A stretch of DNA of 64,000 nt, taken from assembly GCA_017620815.1 (NCBI GenBank), contig JAGAUI010000008.1, positions 680 through 64,679 on the forward strand. Reading direction: 5' to 3'. The notes under the pieces were generated by a model, which made no database searches, was not told the origin of the DNA, and saw only the letters and a list, made by a program, of their open reading frames with translations. This stretch comes from Flavobacteriales bacterium. Its GTDB lineage: Bacteria > Bacteroidota > Bacteroidia > Flavobacteriales > UBA1820. Shown here in pieces: positions 19,378 to 27,777 of the stretch. Numbering within the stretch: the first letter of the stretch is position 1; each line of letters begins with the position of its first letter. Position numbers and translations under genes: made by a program.

Positions 19378-19641
19378 ATGCCTAAATTAAAAAATCCCGA
19401 AATCCAAAAGGAAATAACTCATAGAGTTATAAGTTCCATAGAAAGACTCATAGAACTAGGATTGGTACGCAACCAAAAAGAACTATGCCTTGCCTCTGGA
19501 TATAAAGAAGCCAACCTATCCAAAGTAATGAATGGTGAACGCCAAGCACCACTTATGCTACTTCACTTCCTGTCTTTTTCATACGGCATCTCTACCGAAT
19601 GGCTAATACTAGGAAATGGTACTATGTTTAAAAACAAATAA
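19378..19641 (+). CDS. XRE/CI-like helix-turn-helix regulator (no peptidase domain)
   Basis: NQKELC...ANLSKVMNGER...YGISTEWLILGNGTMF is a typical Cro/CI HTH pattern; 87 aa. Confidence 0.85.
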   Translation: MPKLKNPEIQKEITHRVISSIERLIELGLVRNQKELCLASGYKEANLSKVMNGERQAPLMLLHFLSFSYGISTEWLILGNGTMFKNK

Positions 19642-19657
19642 TTATTAAAATATCCAC

Positions 19658-19694
19658 ATAAAAAAGCTCGCCCCCGTGGGGCGAGCTTTTTTAT
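19658..19694. terminator. bidirectional intrinsic terminator
   Basis: ATAAAAAAGCTCGCCCC-cgt-GGGGCGAGCTTTTTTAT between convergent genes. Confidence 0.9.
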
Positions 19695-19714
19695 ATAAGT
19701 ATTATCTATTCGGT

Positions 19715-20341
19715 TTATTTTTTGGTAGTTACGAGAATCACACCATTTTCACTACCACCACCATATAGGCTGGCTGTACCGTCTTTAATAACCTCTACTT
19801 TATCTATCATATTTGGGTCAAGGTTTGCTGACTCTAGGTTATCTACACGTGTACCATCCACCAAATATAGGTTACATCTATTACCGCGGAAGAACACATA
19901 ACCATCTTCATAGATAACGCCTGGGGATTTACTTTCTACTATACTTTTAATAGATTTATAACCAGTAACTTCATCTGCACGCATAGTTGCTTTGGCAGTA
20001 GTTGCTGTATGCTGGTCTATAAGACCTTTGGCTATAGCCTTGTCCATATCAGAGAACTGAAGTGTTACATCTAGCACAGTCTGTTTTTTACCTACTTTGA
20101 TGTATTGAGATACCACTCCATCACCAGCTACTATAACGTTGAGTTCTTTTGGTCCCAATTCCACAGAATATTTACCTTCTGCATCGGTATAAGCAACTTT
20201 TTTGGTTCCCTGTACAGCGACTTTAACACCTTTTATAGGAGCATCACCAAATTTTACAGTTCCAGTAAGAGTACGGTTTTGGGCAAATACTACCGCAGAT
20301 ACAGCCATAAGCGATAGAGCAAATAATGTTTTTAATTTCAT
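19715..20341 (-). CDS. secreted CarboxypepD_reg-like + TonB-receptor plug domain protein (no beta-barrel)
   Basis: Signal peptide, then TDAEGKYS, then plug motifs LYLVDG and EVIKDGTASLYG...NGVILVTTKK at the C-terminus. Confidence 0.82.
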   Translation of the reverse strand: MKLKTLFALSLMAVSAVVFAQNRTLTGTVKFGDAPIKGVKVAVQGTKKVAYTDAEGKYSVELGPKELNVIVAGDGVVSQYIKVGKKQTVLDVTLQFSDMDKAIAKGLIDQHTATTAKATMRADEVTGYKSIKSIVESKSPGVIYEDGYVFFRGNRCNLYLVDGTRVDNLESANLDPNMIDKVEVIKDGTASLYGGGSENGVILVTTKK

Positions 20342-20553
20342 CTTTAGTATTATTTAGCGTTATATAATTCTTATTCTTTGGTGCTCCAAATGTATAAATT
20401 TTTTTTAATCTCACCATCATATTAACATAATTTTATCATTTCTTCCATTCCCTCCCCACGATGTATAAAAATTGTTTCCACATATAGAGATAAATGAGTA
20501 TCTTTGCACGATTATAAATACATTACAATACACATAAATACACATATTATAAG

Positions 20554-21834
20554 ATGAATTCATTGGGAAGACACATACTAGTAGAGTTTTTCGGTTGCAA
20601 ACCCGAAATTATGAATGACGTAGCTGGCATAGAAAAATCTATGGTAGATGCTGCATCTCGAGCAGGAGCTACTGTTATAAATTCTACATTTCACCATTTT
20701 TCACCCTACGGAGTATCTGGCGTTGTAGTGATACAAGAAAGCCATCTAGCCATACACTCATGGCCAGAATACGGTTATGCTGCTGTGGATTTGTTTACAT
20801 GTGGAGAATCTGTTGACCCATGGATATCATTTGATTACCTCAAAGAAAAATTTGAAGCACAGAATTATTCTGCCATAGAATTGCGTCGTGGTTCTCGTGT
20901 TCTTCTCACTCAGCTAGACTTTGACCTAGCCTCTATGCGTGAACAGAATAAAAAACACACCAATCCTCAAATGTACACACGTAACGTATGGTTCACAGAC
21001 AAGGACGACAACCAAGCCCTTTCTTTACGCCATACAGGCGAAATCCTCTATGATGAGACATCTCCATACCAACGCACACGTGTTATAGACACATACGGCT
21101 ATGGCAAGGCTCTTACCATAGATGATATGTTTATGTGTACAGAACGTGACGAAGCCCACTATCACGAGATGATTTCTCACCCTGTAATGCTCGCTCACGG
21201 AGGAATTAAAAAAGTACTTATCATTGGCGGAGGAGATGGTGCCAGCGTACGCGAGATATGCCGTCACAAGGGGGTAGAGAAAATAGTAATGGTAGAGATA
21301 GACGCCAATGTAGTTGATGCCTGCAAAAAACACCTCCCACAGACAGCTGCCGCATTTGATGACCCACGCGTAGAACTTATCATAGGTGATGGTATAGCTT
21401 ATGTAGAGAATGCTCCTCAAGGAAGTTTTGATTACATCATAGTAGATGGTAGCGACCCTGTAGGCCCTGCCGAAGGTCTTTTCTCTGAAAAATTCTACAC
21501 AGACTGCCGCAACGCTCTTACAGAAGGCGGTGTTCTTATCACACAGGGAGAATCACCTCTATTTAACGAACGTACATTTGCAGAACTTAACGCTTGTCTT
21601 AAACGCATATTCACTCCTTCACAGGTACGCACCATGCTATTCAGCATACCTACATACCCTACTGGTCTATGGAGCTTCCAGACAGCAGTAAAAGGAGAAC
21701 TAGATATACCTGCACTAGACGTATCAGTGATAAAAGAATTTGAAAAAGAAAACACACTTAAATACTACAATAGTGACATACATCGTGCGGCATTTGCTCT
21801 GCCCAACTATGTAAAAAAGATGCTCAATGAGTAA
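20554..21834 (+). CDS. speE: fused S-adenosylmethionine decarboxylase (SpeD) / polyamine aminopropyltransferase (SpeE)
   Basis: N-terminal GRHILVE...[13 protein letters not shown]...DLFTCG (pyruvoyl E-S cleavage site). C-terminal YHEM, IGGGDG, VEID and DGSDP. Confidence 0.93.
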   Translation: MNSLGRHILVEFFGCKPEIMNDVAGIEKSMVDAASRAGATVINSTFHHFSPYGVSGVVVIQESHLAIHSWPEYGYAAVDLFTCGESVDPWISFDYLKEKFEAQNYSAIELRRGSRVLLTQLDFDLASMREQNKKHTNPQMYTRNVWFTDKDDNQALSLRHTGEILYDETSPYQRTRVIDTYGYGKALTIDDMFMCTERDEAHYHEMISHPVMLAHGGIKKVLIIGGGDGASVREICRHKGVEKIVMVEIDANVVDACKKHLPQTAAAFDDPRVELIIGDGIAYVENAPQGSFDYIIVDGSDPVGPAEGLFSEKFYTDCRNALTEGGVLITQGESPLFNERTFAELNACLKRIFTPSQVRTMLFSIPTYPTGLWSFQTAVKGELDIPALDVSVIKEFEKENTLKYYNSDIHRAAFALPNYVKKMLNE

Positions 21835-22861
21835 TAAAGAGACACATAATAATTTTAACCCAAATGATACGGGTGTGAATAATGGGAACTTTTTCGGGTT
21901 CCCATATTCATTACAACAGGCCGATGTAGTAGTCTATCCAGTGGAATGGGACGTTACCACTTCCTATGGCGGAGGAGCTTCCCGTGGGCCAAAAGCGATA
22001 CTTGATGCATCTCCACAACTGGATTTTTATGATTGGGATTATCCACATGCTTGGGAGAATAAGATAGGTACAGCCTATGCCAATGAAGCTATCTCTTCTG
22101 CCAATGCTCCTATGCGTAAACTTGCAGAAAGCGTTATATCCCACCTAGAAAATGGAGGCGATAAAACAGCTGTCATAAAAGACATTGAAACCATAAATAA
22201 AGCCTCACGAGAGATGGTAGAGCGTGTAAAGAAAGACACTAGAGCTTTACTTGATGATGGTAAAAAAGTAGTTCTATTGGGTGGAGACCACTCTACTCCG
22301 CTGGGATATATGCAATCATTGGCAGAAAGTGGAGAAAAATTTTCTATCCTGCACATAGACGCCCACGCAGACCTACGTGATGCATATGAAGGATTTGAGT
22401 ATTCACATGCCTCTATAATGTTCAATGCTCTTAAAATTCCACAAGTAGAACGCCTGGTACAGGTGGCTATACGCGATACATGTCCAGATGAAATAGAACT
22501 GGTTAAAAAAAGCGGTGGAAGGGTAAGACAGTTCCCATATCCTCTTCTTGCTGCAAGAGAATTCTGTGGTGAGAAATGGCACGATATATGCCATTATATA
22601 ATAGAAGCATTGGGAGAGAGAGTGTATGTGAGCTTTGACATAGACGGTCTAGACCCATCGCTGTGTCCTGGCACAGGAACTCCTGTGGCAGGAGGTCTTA
22701 CATTCTACCAAGCAACATATCTACTGCTAATGCTTAAAAATTCTGGACGTGAAATAATAGGAGCAGACCTTAACGAAGTATGTCCTTCATCTGAAGAGAA
22801 TGAATGGGATGCCAATGTAGGAGCTCGTATGCTTTATAAACTATGCTCCCTCATATCATAA
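21827..22861 (+). CDS. speB: agmatinase / ureohydrolase
   Basis: Metal-binding motifs GGDHS, DAHADL and SFDIDGLDP...PGTGTP. Overlaps the speDE stop. Confidence 0.88.
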   Translation: MSNKETHNNFNPNDTGVNNGNFFGFPYSLQQADVVVYPVEWDVTTSYGGGASRGPKAILDASPQLDFYDWDYPHAWENKIGTAYANEAISSANAPMRKLAESVISHLENGGDKTAVIKDIETINKASREMVERVKKDTRALLDDGKKVVLLGGDHSTPLGYMQSLAESGEKFSILHIDAHADLRDAYEGFEYSHASIMFNALKIPQVERLVQVAIRDTCPDEIELVKKSGGRVRQFPYPLLAAREFCGEKWHDICHYIIEALGERVYVSFDIDGLDPSLCPGTGTPVAGGLTFYQATYLLLMLKNSGREIIGADLNEVCPSSEENEWDANVGARMLYKLCSLIS

Positions 22862-22888
22862 TATCACAGAAATAAAATTTGACACATA

Positions 22889-22921
22889 AAAATCCCAAAG
22901 ACGACGAGCCTTTGGGATTTT
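22889..22921 (+). terminator. probable terminator of the polyamine operon
   Basis: AAAATCCCAAAG...CTTTGGGATTTT hairpin, followed by a TACATTTG -7 box at 22927-22934. Confidence 0.6.
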
Positions 22922-22966
22922 ATATCTACATTTGTAGCATAGATAACCACATCATTAAACATATAT

Positions 22967-24595
22967 ATGAATTCATCTCTATTGAAATACATACGTATTG
23001 CACTAGCAAGCGTTGTTTTTATACTCATCACAGCATATTTTCTGGATTTTTCATCTAGCATTCCGAACGTCCACATACAGGACATACAACTAATACCCGC
23101 CATACTACACTCTATGTGGATAGCAGTAGGAATTCTACTGTTGCTCACATTTGTGATGGGACGTGTGTACTGTTCTACACTATGTCCTCTAGGGATAATG
23201 ATGGACATCATATCCTTTACAAGCGGACGTGGTAAAAAGAAAAATTTTAAAAACAAAAACTCTCGTTACTCTTACACCAAGGCCCACAACATATTACGTT
23301 ATACGCTACTAGTGGTGTGTATAGCAACATATTTTATATCAAGTGCTTTTATAGTCATACTAGCCCTAGACCCTTATTCCAACTACGGACGCATAGCACA
23401 GAACGTATTTGCACCTATATATTACAGCATAAACAACACCATTAGCTGGTTTGCTAGTGAAGTAGGACTACACGGCACTTATATGATGGGATATGACACT
23501 TTTTCGTGGATAGGAAGCGGAGTATCATTTGCTGTTTTGCTCTTAGTAGGCTATATGGCTTATACCCGCGGACGCCTATGGTGTAACACTATATGTCCCA
23601 CAGGTGCATTTTTGAGTCTATTGTCTCGTTTTTCACTACTCAAGATAACTCTAGACAAAAAGATGTGTACGTCTTGTGGGATGTGTGCATCGGCATGTAA
23701 ATCTAGCTGTATAGACCACAAAAATAAAACCGTAGATAATTCACGATGTGTAGTATGCTTTAACTGCCTAGGGAGATGTTCTCGTGGTGGAGTGAAATAC
23801 AGTCTTTCACTTCCTTGGAAAAAGGATAAAAAGCCTGCCGATACTTCAGATGTAAAAAAAGACTGCAATACTATATCTCGTCGCGATTTCCTAGCCACTG
23901 GTGCTGCCATCACCTTCACTGCCATAGCTGCCAAAGCCGCCTCCAAAGACACAGCTAAATCCCAACGCCGAGTATGTGCCCTGGTAAAAGAATGCCCTCG
24001 CGGACGCGGTTGCAATTTTAATAGAATATGTTATGTAGAGGGTGAACGACTACCTGTAGCCCCTCCCGGAGCATTGGGTATAGAGATATTCAATGATGCT
24101 TGTACAGGCTGTCATCTATGTATCGCCAAATGTCCTTCGGGGGTATTGGTACCATCTATCACACAGTACGGGGCTCGTGGTTTCCTCCAACCCGTCATGC
24201 GTTATGATGGAGGACACTTCTGTGCCTATGACTGCAATGTGTGTGGAGATGTATGTCCTACCGGTGCTATACGCCCTCTTACAGTAGAACAAAAACATTC
24301 TGTACAGGTAGGTATAGCACACCTTTTCCCCAGCAAATGTGTGGCATTTGCTCGTGATTATGACTGCGGAGCTTGTGCAGAACATTGCCCAGTGGGGGCT
24401 GTACACATGGTAGTAAACAGTCGTGGAATACCTGTCCCTGAAATCATCCCCGAGGTATGTATAGGATGTGGAGCTTGTGAACAGATATGCCCAGAAAAAG
24501 CCATACTGGTCTATGGACATAAAGTTCACCGTCGTGCCCAAGTCCCAGAAAAAGAAGAGGCAAAAGAGATAAATCTAGACGGATTTGGATTTTAA
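22967..24595 (+). CDS. membrane-bound polyferredoxin (NapH/MauN-like + NapF/MauM-like 4Fe-4S protein)
   Basis: TM helices with two CxxxCP motifs, multiple CxxCxxCxxxC clusters and an internal SRRDFL motif. Confidence 0.88.
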   Translation: MNSSLLKYIRIALASVVFILITAYFLDFSSSIPNVHIQDIQLIPAILHSMWIAVGILLLLTFVMGRVYCSTLCPLGIMMDIISFTSGRGKKKNFKNKNSRYSYTKAHNILRYTLLVVCIATYFISSAFIVILALDPYSNYGRIAQNVFAPIYYSINNTISWFASEVGLHGTYMMGYDTFSWIGSGVSFAVLLLVGYMAYTRGRLWCNTICPTGAFLSLLSRFSLLKITLDKKMCTSCGMCASACKSSCIDHKNKTVDNSRCVVCFNCLGRCSRGGVKYSLSLPWKKDKKPADTSDVKKDCNTISRRDFLATGAAITFTAIAAKAASKDTAKSQRRVCALVKECPRGRGCNFNRICYVEGERLPVAPPGALGIEIFNDACTGCHLCIAKCPSGVLVPSITQYGARGFLQPVMRYDGGHFCAYDCNVCGDVCPTGAIRPLTVEQKHSVQVGIAHLFPSKCVAFARDYDCGACAEHCPVGAVHMVVNSRGIPVPEIIPEVCIGCGACEQICPEKAILVYGHKVHRRAQVPEKEEAKEINLDGFGF

Positions 24596-24610
24596 GAGGA
24601 GGGAAGATTT

Positions 24611-25282
24611 TTAATAAGTTGCTCCCATACTAGAATTTATCATTATGCGTGTTTTTTTACCCGCATCACTGTTCTCATTGTTACGTCCATCTTTAAGACG
24701 AATGATGACTGCTCCGTTACGGGCATCACGACCATAGATAACACAGTCTGCCATATTTTTAATGATAGTAATACTATACACATCATAGGGATTGGCTGCT
24801 TCAAGGGAAGGCACGCGGACTCCGTCAACCATATAGTACATACACATCTGCCCTCTTATCACTACATAATTTCCCGATGTAAAACAACCCGGAAAACGAC
24901 CGTCTATCATCTTGGAAAATGTGTTATCATCTATAGTAGGATAGTATGTATCACCCTTTACCATCTCTACCACAGGAGCAGTGTTTATCTTAAATGATAT
25001 ATTTTTTGAAGTATCCTTTACAGATACACTTTTGCTTTTGTGCAGTATATCATTATAATAGACTTTTATCTTTTTATCATCTGGGGAGAGATTTATGGCG
25101 TATGTCCCATCTGCAGATGTAAGTGTATGGGATTCGCTTTTATTGGCACGTATTACAGCTCCTTTGACAGGATTTTTTTCCATATCTACCACACTACCCT
25201 TTATAATATAGTTCTGGGCATAGATAGATATACTTTCTATCATAGTGGTTAAAATCATCACACAAAATACCACTCTTTTCAT
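24611..25282 (-). CDS. second CarboxypepD_reg-like + TonB plug domain protein (no beta-barrel)
   Basis: Signal-like N-terminus (start refined to 25282), TSADGTY, YYMVDG and IYGRDARNGAVII. Confidence 0.75.
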   Translation of the reverse strand: MKRVVFCVMILTTMIESISIYAQNYIIKGSVVDMEKNPVKGAVIRANKSESHTLTSADGTYAINLSPDDKKIKVYYNDILHKSKSVSVKDTSKNISFKINTAPVVEMVKGDTYYPTIDDNTFSKMIDGRFPGCFTSGNYVVIRGQMCMYYMVDGVRVPSLEAANPYDVYSITIIKNMADCVIYGRDARNGAVIIRLKDGRNNENSDAGKKTRIMINSSMGATY

Positions 25283-25477
25283 AATCATATTATTTTTTAT
25301 CGTTTGATATGTCTTCACTGCCTCAAATATAGACATAAATATCCCTCTATCATTATTTTTATAATTTATTTAACCTAAAAGTATCTCAAAACAGATTAAC
25401 ACACTGGAATTATGCAGATTAAGAGAAAAAACTCTACATTAGCATATATAAAAACAGAACTTAAAAACCCTACCAAA

Positions 25478-26164
25478 ATGTTTGAACTACCACCACTACC
25501 CTACACCTATGATGCACTAGAGCCATACATAGATGCCACTACAGTAGAAATCCATCACGACCGCCACCATGGCACCTACACAGGAGCCCTTAATGTCGCC
25601 ATCAAAGGCACTCCGCTAGAGGGGAAGAGTATCATAGAGATTTTTGACGAGATAGAGAACTATCCTGCTGCCGTACGTAACAATGGCGGAGGATATGCCA
25701 ACCATAACCTTTACTGGCAGATACTAGCTCCCAAAGGCACTTCTGAACGACCAGTAGGCGAGATAGCAAGCATAATAGATAGCACCTATGGTTCATATGA
25801 AATATTCCGCGATAAATTTTCAGATGCAGCTATGGGAGTATTTGGCAGCGGATGGGTATGGCTAGTGGTAAAGCCCGACTGCAGTCTAGAAATATGCACC
25901 ACCGCCCTGCAAGACAACCCTATGATGCTATTGGGTGGCTCCCGCAAAGGATACCCTATCCTAGGTCTTGACCTATGGGAACACGCCTACTACCTCTCCT
26001 ACCAAAACCGCCGTGTAGAATATATCAAGAATTTTTTCCACATCATCAATTGGTACATAGTGGACAGTCTTTACCACGATGCCTTGCTATACTATGGTTG
26101 TGATAATGACAGCACCAATGCTCCGCTGGGTAAAGAGCCTCAACAGGATATGGAAAAAGAATAA
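25478..26164 (+). CDS. sodA: superoxide dismutase (Mn/Fe)
   Basis: Motifs FELPPLPY, HHDRHH, NNGGG..NH, FGSGW and DLWEHAYY. Start refined to ATG 25478. Confidence 0.92.
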   Translation: MFELPPLPYTYDALEPYIDATTVEIHHDRHHGTYTGALNVAIKGTPLEGKSIIEIFDEIENYPAAVRNNGGGYANHNLYWQILAPKGTSERPVGEIASIIDSTYGSYEIFRDKFSDAAMGVFGSGWVWLVVKPDCSLEICTTALQDNPMMLLGGSRKGYPILGLDLWEHAYYLSYQNRRVEYIKNFFHIINWYIVDSLYHDALLYYGCDNDSTNAPLGKEPQQDMEKE

Positions 26165-26172
26165 ACATCATA

Positions 26173-26201
26173 AAAAAGGCAGCCCTTCGGGCTGCCTTTT
26201 T
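26173..26201. terminator. bidirectional intrinsic terminator
   Basis: AAAAAGGCAGCCC-ttc-GGGCTGCCTTTTT between convergent sod and psd. Confidence 0.9.
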
Positions 26202-26223
26202 ACCATGGCCTATCTTTTATATA

Positions 26224-26901
26224 TCATTTTTCTTCTTTGGGAGCTTCGGCTATTACCGTTTCACCTCCGCGAACTTTCTGCCCCAAATCCACCATCACAT
26301 CAAAATCCAGAGGCAATAAAACGTCCACCCTGCTACCAAATTTTATAAATCCAGAATCCTCCCCACGATGTGCCGTTTGCCCCACCATAGCATAGTTCAC
26401 TATACGGCGAGCCATTGCACCAGCTATCTGACGATATAGTATCTTACCCATAGCAGGATTATCTATCACTACCGTAGTGCGTTCGTTCTCACTAGAAGAT
26501 TTCGGATGCCAAGCCACGAGGTATTTTCCGGGGTGATATTTGGAGTATTCCACCATACCTCCCACAGGATAACGTGTAACGTGGACATTGGTAGGAGACA
26601 TAAATACCGATATCTGACGCATATTGCAGTGGAGGTATTCGCCTTCATAGACCTCTTCTATCACCACTACCTTACCATCTACTGGAGATAGTATCTGCGT
26701 GTCTTTCACTCCTTCTATATATCGTTTGGGATTACGGAAGAACTGTGTGATAAGCACATATGTAAGCGATGTTATAAAAAGCACTACCAAGAAAACCCAT
26801 TGTGATTCCACAAACTGGAACGTAAGCAGGTTTATAGTTACCATCAGTGCAAAAAGCGATAGTAGTATCTTTTTCCCCTCTCTATGTATAGAAAATTTCA
26901 T
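26224..26901 (-). CDS. psd: phosphatidylserine decarboxylase proenzyme
   Basis: Motifs FFRNP, SPVDGKV, FMSPTNVH and the KFGSRVD self-cleavage site. Confidence 0.93.
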   Translation of the reverse strand: MKFSIHREGKKILLSLFALMVTINLLTFQFVESQWVFLVVLFITSLTYVLITQFFRNPKRYIEGVKDTQILSPVDGKVVVIEEVYEGEYLHCNMRQISVFMSPTNVHVTRYPVGGMVEYSKYHPGKYLVAWHPKSSSENERTTVVIDNPAMGKILYRQIAGAMARRIVNYAMVGQTAHRGEDSGFIKFGSRVDVLLPLDFDVMVDLGQKVRGGETVIAEAPKEEK

Positions 26902-26908
26902 ATCTTAT

Positions 26909-27766
26909 TTATATGCAAAAAAATAGAAAAATAATAACAAATGGCACAACCATTATAAAACTATCCAGACGGTCTAGAATACCTCCATGCCCAGGCATTA
27001 TACGACCAGAATCCTTAACGCCTGCATCACGTTTGAACATAGACTCCACCAGGTCTCCTGCCGTACCTGCCATACATACTATTACAGCCATCACTATCCA
27101 TACCCACATAGGGTATTCTCCTATGAGAAAATACAGAGCCACCGCTATACCTATGGTTCCAGCCACACCGCCTATAAAACCTTCTATGGTCTTTTTGGGG
27201 GATATACGTTCAAATAATTTGTGGCGACCCATTGATATCCCAAATAGATATGCAAACGTATCATTACTCCATAGCAGAGCAAAAAGTCCCAATATAACCC
27301 ATTTGCTAGTTACGACAGGTAGGAGCATTGACATAGCAAATGGCACACTCACATAGACAATAGCCACCACAGATGATGATACTTGTCTTACCGCATCACC
27401 TCCAGCAGTAAAGAGTGCCACTATAAAGGCTATAAAAATACCCAATATAGATACCACAATACCAGCCAAAATATACTGCATGTCTAGTCCCGTACACCAT
27501 GAGAGAGATGTGTACATCATACCTATGTGTATCACAAAGACAACTATTTTCATAGCCATATTAAGAGACATCATACGCGACATCTCTATCATAGCAATAG
27601 CCGAGGCCACCATCACAAATGCTATAAACGAATAATCACTATATAAAATACTATAAAGCAATATACCCACATACACCACTGCCGAAAGGGCTCTTATGGG
27701 CAGCGAAGCTGCTATGAATTTTTCTTTTACACTCTTACGAGGAGCGGGATTTACATTTTCAGACAT
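26909..27766 (-). CDS. cdsA: phosphatidate cytidylyltransferase
   Basis: Motifs SPKKTIEG and [33 protein letters not shown]. Confidence 0.95.
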   Translation of the reverse strand: MSENVNPAPRKSVKEKFIAASLPIRALSAVVYVGILLYSILYSDYSFIAFVMVASAIAMIEMSRMMSLNMAMKIVVFVIHIGMMYTSLSWCTGLDMQYILAGIVVSILGIFIAFIVALFTAGGDAVRQVSSSVVAIVYVSVPFAMSMLLPVVTSKWVILGLFALLWSNDTFAYLFGISMGRHKLFERISPKKTIEGFIGGVAGTIGIAVALYFLIGEYPMWVWIVMAVIVCMAGTAGDLVESMFKRDAGVKDSGRIMPGHGGILDRLDSFIMVVPFVIIFLFFCI

Positions 27767-27777
27767 AAATATATGTA

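Larger units (their letters stand above)
13254..19641 (-). mobile_element. phage-derived virion gene module (candidate domesticated or GTA-like element; no integrase, portal, tape measure or lysis genes)
   Basis: Ten co-oriented ORFs, eight of them recognisable as packaging/head/neck/tail genes in canonical order, plus a divergent XRE HTH gene. The block is bounded by terminators. Confidence 0.85.

Noticed and set aside
13146-19667. attL/attR direct repeat ATAAAAAAGC at both ends of the phage module
   Set aside because: It is only 10 bp, forms the A-tract of terminators, and recurs at an unrelated terminator (41572). No tRNA or integrase is present.
13127-19714. Complete inducible prophage, or PICI/cf-PICI satellite
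   Set aside because: There are no integrase, primase/replication, portal or lysis genes. cf-PICIs carry an integrase and a portal and lack tail genes, the opposite of what is seen here.
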